In this document: in pieces, positions 19,517-28,812 of the stretch
Numbering within the stretch: position 1 is the stretch's first letter
Layout of the letters: every line of letters begins with the position of its first letter
NCBI GenBank assembly: GCA_016235595.1
Contig: JACRJX010000001.1
Location: forward strand, 57,848 to 121,847
Source of the DNA: Verrucomicrobiota bacterium
GTDB lineage: Bacteria; Verrucomicrobiota; Verrucomicrobiia; CAIQCK01
Reading direction: 5' to 3'
Length of the DNA stretch: 64,000 bases
Notes under the pieces: generated by a model
The model's input: only the letters and a program-made list of their open reading frames with translations
Told to the model about the DNA's origin: nothing
Database searches by the model: none
Translations under genes and position numbers: made by a program

Positions 19517-19658
19517 GGCGGTTTTCCTGATGCCGAATCTTAGCGGCCCCGTTTCCGCCAAGTCACGCTCGAATGCGTCGTGTGGCGGGTGATGCAGTTC
19601 ATCGAGCGTTTGTTTTTTTCCAGCGTCTCCGGTATCCTTCCAGCCTGTGGAACAAGGT

Positions 19659-20579
19659 ATGAAAACCGCAATGAGACGCTTGGAATGCGCGATGTGCATT
19701 GGCTTGATGGCGATGCTGGCGTGCGGCTGCTCGATGCGCCGGATGGCGACGCTGCAAGTCGCCAACGCGCTGGCGGCTTCGGGCGGCACGTTCTCATCGG
19801 ACGACGATCCGGAATTGGTGCGCGAGGCGATTCCGTTTGGACTGAAAACGATGGAAAGCCTGCTGGCGGACCTGCCGGAACACCGCGGCTTGTTGCTGGC
19901 GCTCGCCTCCGGTTTCACCGAATACGCCTTCGCGTTCGTGCAAATGGACGCCGATGAAATCGAATCACAGAACCTGGCCAAGGCCACCGCGATGCGGACG
20001 CGCGCCCGCAAACTCTACCTGCGCGCGCGCGACTATGGTTTGCGCGGGCTGGAAGTGACGCACCGGGATTTCGGCCGGCTGTTGCGCGACAACCCGCAAA
20101 ACGCGGTGAAAGCCGTCACGCGCGAAGACGTGCCGTTGCTTTACTGGACCGGCGCGGCATGGGCGGCGGCAATCTCGACGGCGAAGAGTGACTCAAAGCT
20201 GATGGCCGAGCTGCCCGCGGCGGCGGCGATGGCGCAACGCGCGTTGGAACTGGACGAGTCGTGGGACAACGGCTCGCTGCACGAGTTCTTCATCGCCTAC
20301 GACGGCGGCCGGTCGGCGGCGATGGGCGGCTCGATCGAGCGGGCGCGCAAACATTTCGCGCGCGCGGTGGAATTGAGCGGCGGGCTGCGGGCATCGGCCT
20401 ACGTTGGCCTGGCTGAAACAGTGTGCGTTGCCGAACAGAAGAAGGCCGAGTTCCACCAGATGCTGGACAAAGCGCTGGCGGTGGACCCGGACAAGAAACC
20501 GGAGTGGCGGCTGTTGAACCTGGTCACGCAACGCCGGGCGCGCTGGTTGAAGGAGCACACGGACGATCTGTTCCCGTGA
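19659..20579 (+). CDS. TRAP transporter TatT component (TPR-like lipoprotein)
   Basis: Lipoprotein-like N-terminus (CIGLMAMLACGCS). 'DDDPELVREAIPFGLKTMESLLADLPEH' and an overall helical-repeat pattern typical of the TatT family. Sits immediately upstream of the TRAP SBP and permease genes. Confidence 0.7.
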   Translation: MKTAMRRLECAMCIGLMAMLACGCSMRRMATLQVANALAASGGTFSSDDDPELVREAIPFGLKTMESLLADLPEHRGLLLALASGFTEYAFAFVQMDADEIESQNLAKATAMRTRARKLYLRARDYGLRGLEVTHRDFGRLLRDNPQNAVKAVTREDVPLLYWTGAAWAAAISTAKSDSKLMAELPAAAAMAQRALELDESWDNGSLHEFFIAYDGGRSAAMGGSIERARKHFARAVELSGGLRASAYVGLAETVCVAEQKKAEFHQMLDKALAVDPDKKPEWRLLNLVTQRRARWLKEHTDDLFP

Positions 20580-20678
20580 GCCGTCGCCAACAGCCTGAAT
20601 CTTTCTTGAATGGCGCGTTATATCTGGCCGATGGCCGCGCCTGATTGCTGGTCGAAGCTGTTTTTTTGGAAAGAACTC

Positions 20679-21716
20679 ATGAGTCTCAATACTTACGTTT
20701 CATCCGCGTTGCGACCGTTGCTCGCGGCCGTTGTTTTGCTGGCAGCGATGCCCGCCGGACACGCGCAAAATGTCGTCATCAAGCTGGCTACGCTCGCGCC
20801 GGAAGGCTCGTCGTGGCACCTTACCCTCAAGGAAATGGGCGAGGAGTGGAAAAAAGTTTCCAACGGCCGCGTAAGTCTGAGGATTTATCCCGGCGGCGTC
20901 GTGGGCGACGAGGCGGAGATGATCAGCAAGATTCGCCTCGGCACCATCCACTCCGCGGCGGTGACGACCATGGGATTGAGCGAAATTGACCGCGGCGTGC
21001 AGGCGTTGTGCATCCCCATGCTCTACCGGTCGGACGCTGAACTGGACTACGTCCGCGCGAAGCTGGCGCCGAAGCTCGAAGAGCGGATGGCCGCCAAAGG
21101 CTTCGTCGTGCTGACGTGGGGAGAGGCCGGCTGGGTCCACTTCTTCACCAAGACCCCCGTGACGAGGCCCGACGACCTGAAGAAGCTCAAGATGTTTTCG
21201 TGGGCTGGCGACAACACGACTCTCGATCTCTGGAAGAACGCCGGGTTCACCGTCGTGCCGCTGGCCAGCACCGACATCATGCCGGGATTGCAGACCGGCA
21301 TGATCACGGCTTTCGCCACGGCGCCGGTGGCCGCCCTTTCGTTTCAGTGGTATTCGCTCGCGCCCAACATGACTGACGTGCGCTGGGCGCCGCTGGTCGG
21401 CGCAACCATCCTCGACAAGCGCGCGTGGGAACGCATCCCCGCCGACGCGCGCGATGCCATCAAGGCTGCCGCGCGCAAGGCCGGCGAGAAAATCCAGGCC
21501 GACGTGCGCAAGGGCGCCCTTGAAGCCGTGAACGCGATGAAGGAGCACAAGCTGAACGTCGTGCCCGTGACGGCTGACGCGCTGGCCGCGTGGCGTTCGG
21601 CCGCCGAAGGCGTCTATCCAAAACTCGTCGGCCCATTCGTGCCAGCGGACATGTTCGACGAGGCGAAGAAGCTGGTCGAGGAATTCCGCGCCAAGGGTGG
21701 TGCCGGTGCAAACTGA
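20679..21716 (+). CDS. TRAP transporter substrate-binding protein (DctP family; TatP-type partner)
   Basis: Signal peptide followed by 'VVIKLATLAPEGSSWH' and DctP-family length and pattern. ATG at 20679. Confidence 0.85.
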   Translation: MSLNTYVSSALRPLLAAVVLLAAMPAGHAQNVVIKLATLAPEGSSWHLTLKEMGEEWKKVSNGRVSLRIYPGGVVGDEAEMISKIRLGTIHSAAVTTMGLSEIDRGVQALCIPMLYRSDAELDYVRAKLAPKLEERMAAKGFVVLTWGEAGWVHFFTKTPVTRPDDLKKLKMFSWAGDNTTLDLWKNAGFTVVPLASTDIMPGLQTGMITAFATAPVAALSFQWYSLAPNMTDVRWAPLVGATILDKRAWERIPADARDAIKAAARKAGEKIQADVRKGALEAVNAMKEHKLNVVPVTADALAAWRSAAEGVYPKLVGPFVPADMFDEAKKLVEEFRAKGGAGAN

Positions 21717-23571
21717 GCCGCCAACCCTGATTCCCCACGGTCAAGCCGCGCCAGCGCGGCAAGGACCGCTGCGCAGTTTTGAAAACTCACTGGCCATTCT
21801 CGCGCTCGTGGCGATGTCGTTGCTGCCGCTGATCGAGATCGTCACGCGCAAGTTCTTCAACTGGGGTGTGCCCGGCTCCTCGATCATCGTCCAACATCTG
21901 ACGCTGGTCATCGCGTTCCTCGGCGCGGCACTGGCGGCGCGTGAGGGCCGGCTTCTGAAGCTTGCCACCGGCGAGGCGCTCGCGCATGGCCGCCTCCAGC
22001 ACGTCGTCAGCGCATTCGGCGCGGCGGTGGGCGCGTGTGTCACGGCGGCGCTCTGCTACGCAAGCCTGCAACTCGTGCTTTCCGAACGTGGCGCAGGGCT
22101 GGAAATCGTTCCCGGTGTGAAACGCTGGGCTGTGGAGGCGGTGATGCCGCTGACGTTGGCGTTGGTGACGCTGCGGCAGGTGTGGCGCGCGTCGGATCGC
22201 TGGCCGGGACGCGTCATTGCGGCGCTCGGCGTTGTCGCGGCTGCGGGGTTCATGTTTCTGCCGGATAGCGCGGGCAGTTTCTTGTTCTGGCCGCTGATGA
22301 TTCTGCTGATCGTCGGCACGGCGGTGGGCGCGCCGATCTTCGCGATGATCGGCGGCGCGGCGTTATTGCTGTTCTGGAGCGAGGCGACGCCGGTGTCGTC
22401 CGTGGCGGTGGAAGCCTACCGGCTGACGGTGTCGCCGATGCTGCCGACGATCCCGCTGTTCACGCTGGCGGGCTACATTCTCGCCGAAGGCGGCACGAGC
22501 AAGCGGCTGGTGAGGCTGTTCAATGCGTGGTGCGGCTGGTTTCCCGGCGGCATGGCAGTGGTGGCGGCGCTGGTGTGTGCGTTTTTCACAACGTTCACCG
22601 GCGGCAGCGGCGTGACGATTCTTGCAGTGGGCGGGCTGCTGCTGCCGATGCTGCTGCAGGCAAAGTATTCGGACCGGTTCTCCGTCGGCTTGCTGACAAC
22701 TGCCGGCTCGCTGGGACTGCTGTTTCCGCCGAGCCTGCCTGTAATCCTCTACGCGATCGTCGCCCAGCAACAGCACGTGAACGTGGACATCAAGGACCTG
22801 TTCATCGCGGGTTTCGTGCCGGGCTGCCTGATGGTCGCCGCGTGCGCGGCCTGGGCGATGTATCAAGGCGCCAAGAGCGGCGCGGGCCGGACGAAATTCG
22901 AGTGGACCGAGGCGCGGGCGGCGTTATGGGCGGCGAAGTGGGAGGTCGTGCTGCCGATCGTGGTGATGGCGTTCATCTTCGGCGGGTTCGCGACGCTGGT
23001 GGAGGCGGCGGCGTTGACGGTGCTCTACGCGTTCTTCATCGAGTGTGTCATCCACCGCGACCTGAAGATCGACCGCGACATGCCGCGAACGGTGACAGAA
23101 TGCGCCACACTGCTCGGCGGCGTGATGATCATCCTCTGCGTGGCGCTGGGCCTGACGAGCTACCTGGTGGACGCGGAGGTGCCGAAACATATGGCGACGT
23201 GGGTCCGCAGCCACGTCGAGTCGCAGTTCCTATTCCTGCTTGGCTTGAACATCATGCTGATCTTCGTAGGCGGGCTGATGGATATCTTCCCGGCGATCGT
23301 CGTGGTGGTGCCGTTGATCACGCCGATGGGCGCGGCGTTCGGCGTGGACCCGGTGCATCTGGGCATCATCTTTTTGGCGAACATGGAGTTTGGTTTCCTG
23401 GCGCCACCGGTGGGCCTGAACCTGCTGCTGGCGTCGTATCGTTTCAACCGCCCGCTGCCGCAGATTTACCGCAATGCGCTGCCCGGCATGTTGATCATGT
23501 TCGCCTGCGTGCTGATCATCACCTACCTGCCGATGATGACGACGGGCGTGTTGCGGTTGGTGGGAAGGTAG
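21697..23571 (+). CDS. TRAP transporter fused small/large permease (DctQ-DctM)
   Basis: 624 aa and highly hydrophobic. A DctQ-like N-terminal 4-TM part is fused to a DctM-like 12-TM part (GGSGVTILAVGGLLLPML, VPLITPMGAAFGVDPVHLGIIFLANMEFGFLAPPVGLNL). Overlaps the SBP gene by 20 nt. Confidence 0.85.
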   Translation: MVPVQTEPPTLIPHGQAAPARQGPLRSFENSLAILALVAMSLLPLIEIVTRKFFNWGVPGSSIIVQHLTLVIAFLGAALAAREGRLLKLATGEALAHGRLQHVVSAFGAAVGACVTAALCYASLQLVLSERGAGLEIVPGVKRWAVEAVMPLTLALVTLRQVWRASDRWPGRVIAALGVVAAAGFMFLPDSAGSFLFWPLMILLIVGTAVGAPIFAMIGGAALLLFWSEATPVSSVAVEAYRLTVSPMLPTIPLFTLAGYILAEGGTSKRLVRLFNAWCGWFPGGMAVVAALVCAFFTTFTGGSGVTILAVGGLLLPMLLQAKYSDRFSVGLLTTAGSLGLLFPPSLPVILYAIVAQQQHVNVDIKDLFIAGFVPGCLMVAACAAWAMYQGAKSGAGRTKFEWTEARAALWAAKWEVVLPIVVMAFIFGGFATLVEAAALTVLYAFFIECVIHRDLKIDRDMPRTVTECATLLGGVMIILCVALGLTSYLVDAEVPKHMATWVRSHVESQFLFLLGLNIMLIFVGGLMDIFPAIVVVVPLITPMGAAFGVDPVHLGIIFLANMEFGFLAPPVGLNLLLASYRFNRPLPQIYRNALPGMLIMFACVLIITYLPMMTTGVLRLVGR

Positions 23572-23611
23572 GACAGGCCTCTTGCTTGTCCGGTCGTCGC
23601 GAATGATCATT

Positions 23612-23632
23612 GGACAGGCGGGACGCCTGTCC
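23612..23632 (+). terminator. Perfect 9-bp GC-rich hairpin (ggacaggcg-gga-cgcctgtcc) after the TRAP permease gene
   Basis: Read directly. An outer 11-nt arm, gtaggacaggc (23568-23578), is the exact reverse complement of 23625-23635. It is followed only by a short T run (ctacTTTga), so intrinsic-terminator function is tentative. Confidence 0.4.
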
Positions 23633-23643
23633 TACTTTGAGCT

Positions 23644-24129
23644 GTGACACCCGCCGAAATCCGCTTCGCCGCCGACGGCATGCTGCAATCGCTGGCCACG
23701 TGGTTGCGCGCGCTCGGTTACGACTGTCTGGCAGGACCCGAGCTGTTTGGGCGACGGCTGCTGGAGCAGGCGGTGGCCGAGGAGCGCGTATTCCTGACGC
23801 GCAACGCGCATCTGGTCAACGACTGGCCGCGCGCGCTCGTGGAGCAGGCGCAGATTGTTTGTGTCGGCGGCGGAACGTTGCCGGAACAACTACACGAGAT
23901 CGTTGAGAGATACTCGCTCGACTGGCAACGATTCCTCTTTACGCGCTGTCTGGCATGCAACGAGCCGTTGCGTGTCGTCAACAAATTAGAGGCATTGCCA
24001 CATTTGCCACCGCGGGTGGCCGCGCGTGAGGACAGTTTCTGGCAGTGCGGGCGATGTGGGCGTTATTTCTGGCACGGCAGCCACGTGCAAAACAGCGTGA
24101 CGCGATTGCGGCGATGGATGGAAAGGTGA
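23644..24129 (+). CDS. Mut7-C RNase domain (DUF82, PIN-like plus zinc ribbon) protein
   Basis: 'RFAADGMLQSLATWLRALGYD' N-terminal PIN-like motif. C-terminal Cys pairs 'RCLACNEPL ... CGRCGRYFWHGSH'. GTG start. Confidence 0.75.
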   Translation: MTPAEIRFAADGMLQSLATWLRALGYDCLAGPELFGRRLLEQAVAEERVFLTRNAHLVNDWPRALVEQAQIVCVGGGTLPEQLHEIVERYSLDWQRFLFTRCLACNEPLRVVNKLEALPHLPPRVAAREDSFWQCGRCGRYFWHGSHVQNSVTRLRRWMER

Positions 24130-24156
24130 GCGGCCCGGCCGCCGTCCGTCGCGAAC

Positions 24157-27100
24157 TTAGAAATTCAGGCCGAAGAACTTCTTGAAGAATCCCTGCGCAG
24201 GCGGCTCCTGGCCGGGCAGCAGCGGCGGCTGGTTCTGGTCTATCCAAAGGCTGAGCGCAGCGGCGACGCCTTCGGGCGAGAGATGGGTGCTGACGATGCG
24301 TTGCAGTCCCGGCTCGATCAGGAACCGCATCGGCGCGGTGTCCGCGCCAAACTGCTGGCAAACGGGGCTTTTGTATCCCTGACCATCCCAGTAAACGGGC
24401 CACGGCAGCGGATGCTGCATCTGGAGGATGTCCATCGCTTCGCGACTCTGGTCCACGCAGATGGTGTAGATCTCAAACCCTTTCGAGTGATAACGGAGGT
24501 AGAGCTGGACCAGTTTCGCGGTGTCCTCCAGCACGTTCTTGGATTTTGCCGACCAGAACTCGATGAGGAGCGTCTGACCTTTGAGCGCCTCCGTGTTTAT
24601 CTTTTCGCCGCGCAAACCGGTGAGTTTTACCGGCTCGCACGGGTTGTTCAGCAGATCGCATTGCTTGATGAGCGACCGCGCGTTGAAGGCAAAATCGCTT
24701 TCGGGGAATCGCTTGAGCAGGTCCTCAGCCGCCTGCTTGGCAGCGTTCAACATGCCCTGCCGGCGGCGGAACTGCGCGTGCATCAACATCGCCGCAGCCG
24801 CTTCGCGACGATGAGGAAAGTCCTTGAGGATGCGCTTGGCGATAGCGACGCCTTGTTCAGGATGGTCGGGCCACGTGGCATTGAGCAGGAGGAACTCCGC
24901 GCGGATGGCGTCGTCTTCGTTCGGCTTGTGCGCAAGCACTTCGTGCGCAGCGCGCTCGGCGCGCGCCTGCTGGCCAGAATCCTTGTTCATCTGGAACAGA
25001 AGGAGCCGGCATCGCGCCTCGTTGATGCGCACGAGGTTGGCGTGGGAGCTGTTCGGGAAATCCTTGATGAACTGCTGGCAACGATCCGCCACGTCTTGAT
25101 ACCAAACCATGCTGCCTTCGGCGCTGGCGGGTTTCTTGGTGGTGAAAAGCGACTCCAATTCCGACCACGAGATCAGTTCCTCTTCGGATTTGAGGATTCG
25201 CTTCGCCGCGTCCATCAGAGCGGCCTTGCGGTCGGACTCCGAGATGTCTGGCATCGTCGCAAGGCTCTCAGCAATGTCGGTCTTGAGTTTCGGTTTCGCG
25301 CTCGAAGAACCATAACCGGGGCGCGCTTTGGGCGGCGTTGGCCGGGGCGTTGCGACACTGGCGGGTTTCTTGGAAGCAACGACGGTTGGTGGGCTGTGTT
25401 TCGCCGGCTTCTCGTCACTGGATCGCTTTGCCGCCGGTGGCGGCGGCGTGGCCGGCTCGCTGGGAGCGGTCACTGCCGGCCGGCTGAGCTTCGCGGGTTT
25501 TTCCACGCTGGCGAACGATTTCGCGACCGGCGCCGGCGGCTTGGCGGAGGCAACCACGATCGGTGTGGTGACCTTCGCGGCCGGTTGTGTGGTCTCGGCC
25601 GGAGGGGCATTGGTCGCCGAACTCAACGGCTTGGCGTAAAGCGTGCCACCGATTTCGATCTGCGCCGGTTGTGGCGCCGGCAGCGTCGGCTCGGGCGGCG
25701 TTGGCTGGGGCGGCGGCGTGACCGGCTCGCTGGGAGCAGTCACTGACGGCCGGCTGAGCTTCGTGGACTTCTCCACGCTGGCAAACGGTTTCGCGACCGG
25801 CGCCGGTGGCTTGGCGACGGCAACCATAATCGGAGTGGTGACCTTCACGGTCGGTTTGGTGGTCTCGACTGGAAGGGCATTGGTCGCCGAACTCAACGGC
25901 TTGGCGTAGAGAACGCCGCCGATTTCAATGTGCGTCGGCTGCGGCGCCGGAGGCGGTGGCGCTGGCCGGGGCGTCGGCTCGCTGTCGGGCTTCTTGGAGG
26001 CAACGACATCTGGCCGGTCGAGTTTCGCCGGCTTTTCGTCACCGGATCGCTTGGCCGCGAGCAGCACCGGCTTGGCTGGTTCGTTGGGAGCGATCACTGC
26101 TGGCCGGCTGAGTTTTGCAGGTTGATCCCCGCTGGCAAACGATTTCGCGACCGGCGCCGGTGGCTTGGCGACGGCAACCATAGTCGGCGCTGTGACCTCC
26201 ACGGCCGGCTGGGTGGTCTTGACCGGAAGGGCATTGGTCGCCGAACTCAACGGCTTGGCGTAGAGAACGCCGCCGATTTCAATGTGCGTCGGCTGCGGCG
26301 CCGGAGGCGGTGGCGCTGGCACCGGCATGGGTGACGGCGGGGCGGGCGTGATGGCTGCTCGTGTCGTCGACGGAGGAGCCGTCGGCTTCGATGAATGTTT
26401 CGCGGCAGCGACATTGCGCTTCTCGGACACAGATGTCCTGACCGCATCGGGCTTGGGTGTTTCTCTCTTGCTGACAACCAACGGTTTTCTCGCGGCGGTG
26501 CGAACCGCCGGCTTGACCGGCGCGCCGGGCTTCGAGGGCGGAACCGACGACGACGCGAGCGCGCCGATGGATTGCCACCGCTTCATCAGGGGTTCGATCT
26601 CTGTCGGATGCACTGCGACGCGCGCTACGAGGCCGAACGGATCCACAAGCAACCGCGTGGGCGCGACCATCGACGGAAAAACCTCTATCAGTTTCGCGTT
26701 GGCCGGGTCGTTGGCGAATACTTGCGGCCACGGTGTCGGACATGCGGCGTTGGCCTTGTCGAATGCCGCGCGATCGGTGTCGAGGTTAATGCCAACGATG
26801 AGCAGGCCGCTGTCGTGGCGGACCTCGAACAACCGGCGCAGCACGTCCGTGCTCTCGCTCGCCGGCAATGTGGCGGTCGTCCAGAAATCCAGCACCAGCG
26901 CCTGGCCGCGCAGCTCGTCGAGATCGAGTGTTTTGCCATCCGTGGTGGTCACGGTCACCAGCGGCGCCGGTCGCCCGACAAGGCCAAGCTGGCGAAGCAA
27001 AGTGCGCGCTTGCACCGCTTCGGGCGAACTTGGAAACGCGCCGAAGAGTCCGATGGCCGCCTCGCGCACAGCGCGTTCGTCACCTTTGCGCTGCTGCGCG

Positions 27101-27654
27101 CGCGCCAGCAGCCAGAATGCCTCGGCAGCAAAAGACTGGTCGGAGAAATCGCGAATGATCAACCGTGTCTGTTCAATAACAGTCCCCAGGTCCTCCGGCC
27201 AGGCCACGCGGGCCAGCACCAGTCGCGCGCGAGCCGCGCCGGGGCCGCGGTCATTCTTGGCGAGCGCCTGGCGGGCAAGCTGCAAAGCCCTGTCACGCTC
27301 GGCGCGATCGTTGGTCAGCACGGACAACTCCATCCGACACTGCGCGTCCAACGCGCGCAGCTCGGCAATATGCGAACTGCGGGGTTGGTCGGTGAGGAAT
27401 TGTTCGCAACGAACCACGACGGTCACGAGCCAGTCGCGCAAGGCGTCGCCGCTGTCATCGGCCGGCCGCTTGGCCAGCATGTTCTGGATGCGACGCAGAC
27501 TGAGGACCTCGCTGGCCGAATCTTTCGGATTGGGCACAAACACAACGTCGGCGGAGGACGCCGTTGCTTCGCGTGATGGCGCGTTCGTGCTATCGGCGGC
27601 GCGAAGCTCCGCCCCTGCAATCAACGCCACCAACATGCACGCCCATCGTTTCAT
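24157..27654 (-). CDS. Giant (1165 aa) secreted protein: two [helical/TPR-like + TlpA-like thioredoxin-fold] modules lacking CxxC, separated by a Pro/Ala-rich triple-repeat linker
   Basis: Signal peptide [19 protein letters not shown]. The two thioredoxin-fold segments read 'ALVLDFWTTATLPASES' and 'TLLIEFWSAKSKNVLED' where TlpA/ResA proteins have FW-x-x-W-C-x-x-C. Three repeats carry 'IEIGG(V/T)LYAKPLSSATNA'. Confidence 0.8.
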   Translation of the reverse strand: MKRWACMLVALIAGAELRAADSTNAPSREATASSADVVFVPNPKDSASEVLSLRRIQNMLAKRPADDSGDALRDWLVTVVVRCEQFLTDQPRSSHIAELRALDAQCRMELSVLTNDRAERDRALQLARQALAKNDRGPGAARARLVLARVAWPEDLGTVIEQTRLIIRDFSDQSFAAEAFWLLARAQQRKGDERAVREAAIGLFGAFPSSPEAVQARTLLRQLGLVGRPAPLVTVTTTDGKTLDLDELRGQALVLDFWTTATLPASESTDVLRRLFEVRHDSGLLIVGINLDTDRAAFDKANAACPTPWPQVFANDPANAKLIEVFPSMVAPTRLLVDPFGLVARVAVHPTEIEPLMKRWQSIGALASSSVPPSKPGAPVKPAVRTAARKPLVVSKRETPKPDAVRTSVSEKRNVAAAKHSSKPTAPPSTTRAAITPAPPSPMPVPAPPPPAPQPTHIEIGGVLYAKPLSSATNALPVKTTQPAVEVTAPTMVAVAKPPAPVAKSFASGDQPAKLSRPAVIAPNEPAKPVLLAAKRSGDEKPAKLDRPDVVASKKPDSEPTPRPAPPPPAPQPTHIEIGGVLYAKPLSSATNALPVETTKPTVKVTTPIMVAVAKPPAPVAKPFASVEKSTKLSRPSVTAPSEPVTPPPQPTPPEPTLPAPQPAQIEIGGTLYAKPLSSATNAPPAETTQPAAKVTTPIVVASAKPPAPVAKSFASVEKPAKLSRPAVTAPSEPATPPPPAAKRSSDEKPAKHSPPTVVASKKPASVATPRPTPPKARPGYGSSSAKPKLKTDIAESLATMPDISESDRKAALMDAAKRILKSEEELISWSELESLFTTKKPASAEGSMVWYQDVADRCQQFIKDFPNSSHANLVRINEARCRLLLFQMNKDSGQQARAERAAHEVLAHKPNEDDAIRAEFLLLNATWPDHPEQGVAIAKRILKDFPHRREAAAAMLMHAQFRRRQGMLNAAKQAAEDLLKRFPESDFAFNARSLIKQCDLLNNPCEPVKLTGLRGEKINTEALKGQTLLIEFWSAKSKNVLEDTAKLVQLYLRYHSKGFEIYTICVDQSREAMDILQMQHPLPWPVYWDGQGYKSPVCQQFGADTAPMRFLIEPGLQRIVSTHLSPEGVAAALSLWIDQNQPPLLPGQEPPAQGFFKKFFGLNF
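25325..26335 (-). repeat. Three in-frame tandem coding repeats (units about 354, 270 and 380 nt) inside the giant gene
   Basis: 'ggcattggtcgccgaactcaacggcttggcgta' recurs at 25606, 25876 and 26230. Positions 25871-25966 and 26225-26320 are a 96-nt perfect duplicate. Confidence 0.9.
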
Positions 27655-28757
27655 GCAATAAGTTGAGCCACCAGATCGCCCACTTCTGTTGTACTATAAC
27701 CCATCCTGCCGGCGGCAAGCGATTTCAATTTCGTGTTCACGACCTGGATGACGGAGTTTTCAATGGCCTTCGCGGCGACACCCTCACCGAGGAAGTCAAG
27801 CAACATGGCGCCTGCGTTGATCGCCGCCAGGGGGTTGATGACATTCTGGTTGGTGTATTTCGGCGCGCTGCCACCCATCGGCTCGAACATCGAGCAGCCG
27901 TAGGGATTGATGTTGCCGCCCGCGGCGACGCCAAGGCCTCCCTGGATGATCGCAGCGAGGTCGGTGATGATGTCGCCAAACATGTTGTCGGTGACGATCA
28001 CGTCGAACCACTCCGGGTTTTTCACAAACCACATGCAGGTGGCGTCCACGTGGGCGTAGTCGCGCTTGACGGTCGGATAACCCGCGCCCATCTCGTGGAA
28101 CGCCCGCTCCCAGAGGTCAAAGGCATAGGTGAGCACGTTGGTCTTTCCGCAAAGCATGAGCTGCGCCGTCTTGCCGGCGGCAACGTCCTCGGGCTTCAAG
28201 CCCTTCCACGGTTTGCCCACATGCCGCTTCGCGGCAAGGTCAAACGCGTACTTGAGGCAGCGGTCAACGCCGCGGCGGGTGTTGACTGAATCCTGAATGG
28301 CAACCTCGTTCGGCGTGCCTTTGAAAACAGAACCGCCGGTGCCGGTGTAGATGCCTTCGCAGTTCTCGCGGACGACGACGAAGTCCACGTGCTCCGGGCC
28401 TTTGTCCTTCAGCGGGCAGTCATCGGCGCGGAACAACTTTACGGGGCGGAGATTGATGTATTGCTCCAGTTCGAACCGCAGCCGCAACAGGAGGCCCTTC
28501 TCCAAAATACCGGGCTTCACCTTCGGATGGCCGACGGCGCCAAGGAAGATGGTCTTATAGCGCCGGAATTCCTCAACGGCGCTGTCGGGCAACACCTCTC
28601 CCGTCTTCAGGTAGCGTTCGCCGCCGAAGTCGTAGAAATGCCAGTCGAGTTTGAAGCCAAATTTCTTTGCGGCAACCTCGGCCACCTTGATGCCTTCGCG
28701 CACCACTTCGGGGCCGGTGCCGTCACCGGGAAGAACTGCAACAGAATAGGTTTTCAT
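27651..28757 (-). CDS. Isocitrate/isopropylmalate dehydrogenase family enzyme (tartrate/D-malate dehydrogenase-like subgroup; may serve as LeuB)
   Basis: '[13 protein letters not shown]', '[11 protein letters not shown]' and '[28 protein letters not shown]' motifs. The overall pattern is close to DmlA/TtuC-type enzymes. Its TGA overlaps the downstream ATG (ATGA at 27651-27654). Confidence 0.85.
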   Translation of the reverse strand: MKTYSVAVLPGDGTGPEVVREGIKVAEVAAKKFGFKLDWHFYDFGGERYLKTGEVLPDSAVEEFRRYKTIFLGAVGHPKVKPGILEKGLLLRLRFELEQYINLRPVKLFRADDCPLKDKGPEHVDFVVVRENCEGIYTGTGGSVFKGTPNEVAIQDSVNTRRGVDRCLKYAFDLAAKRHVGKPWKGLKPEDVAAGKTAQLMLCGKTNVLTYAFDLWERAFHEMGAGYPTVKRDYAHVDATCMWFVKNPEWFDVIVTDNMFGDIITDLAAIIQGGLGVAAGGNINPYGCSMFEPMGGSAPKYTNQNVINPLAAINAGAMLLDFLGEGVAAKAIENSVIQVVNTKLKSLAAGRMGYSTTEVGDLVAQLIA

Positions 28758-28812
28758 CTGGCTGCGAAGATAGTAATGCCGCGCGAGCAACGCAAGCCGT
28801 GTTTCGCATCAA

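Noticed and set aside
25325-26335. Possible CRISPR array or DGR template/variable repeat pair, suggested by the recurring ~95-nt identical segments.
   Set aside because: The repeats are 270-380 nt units, in frame within one continuous ORF. There are no short unique spacers, no cas genes and no reverse transcriptase in the window. They are protein-coding tandem repeats.
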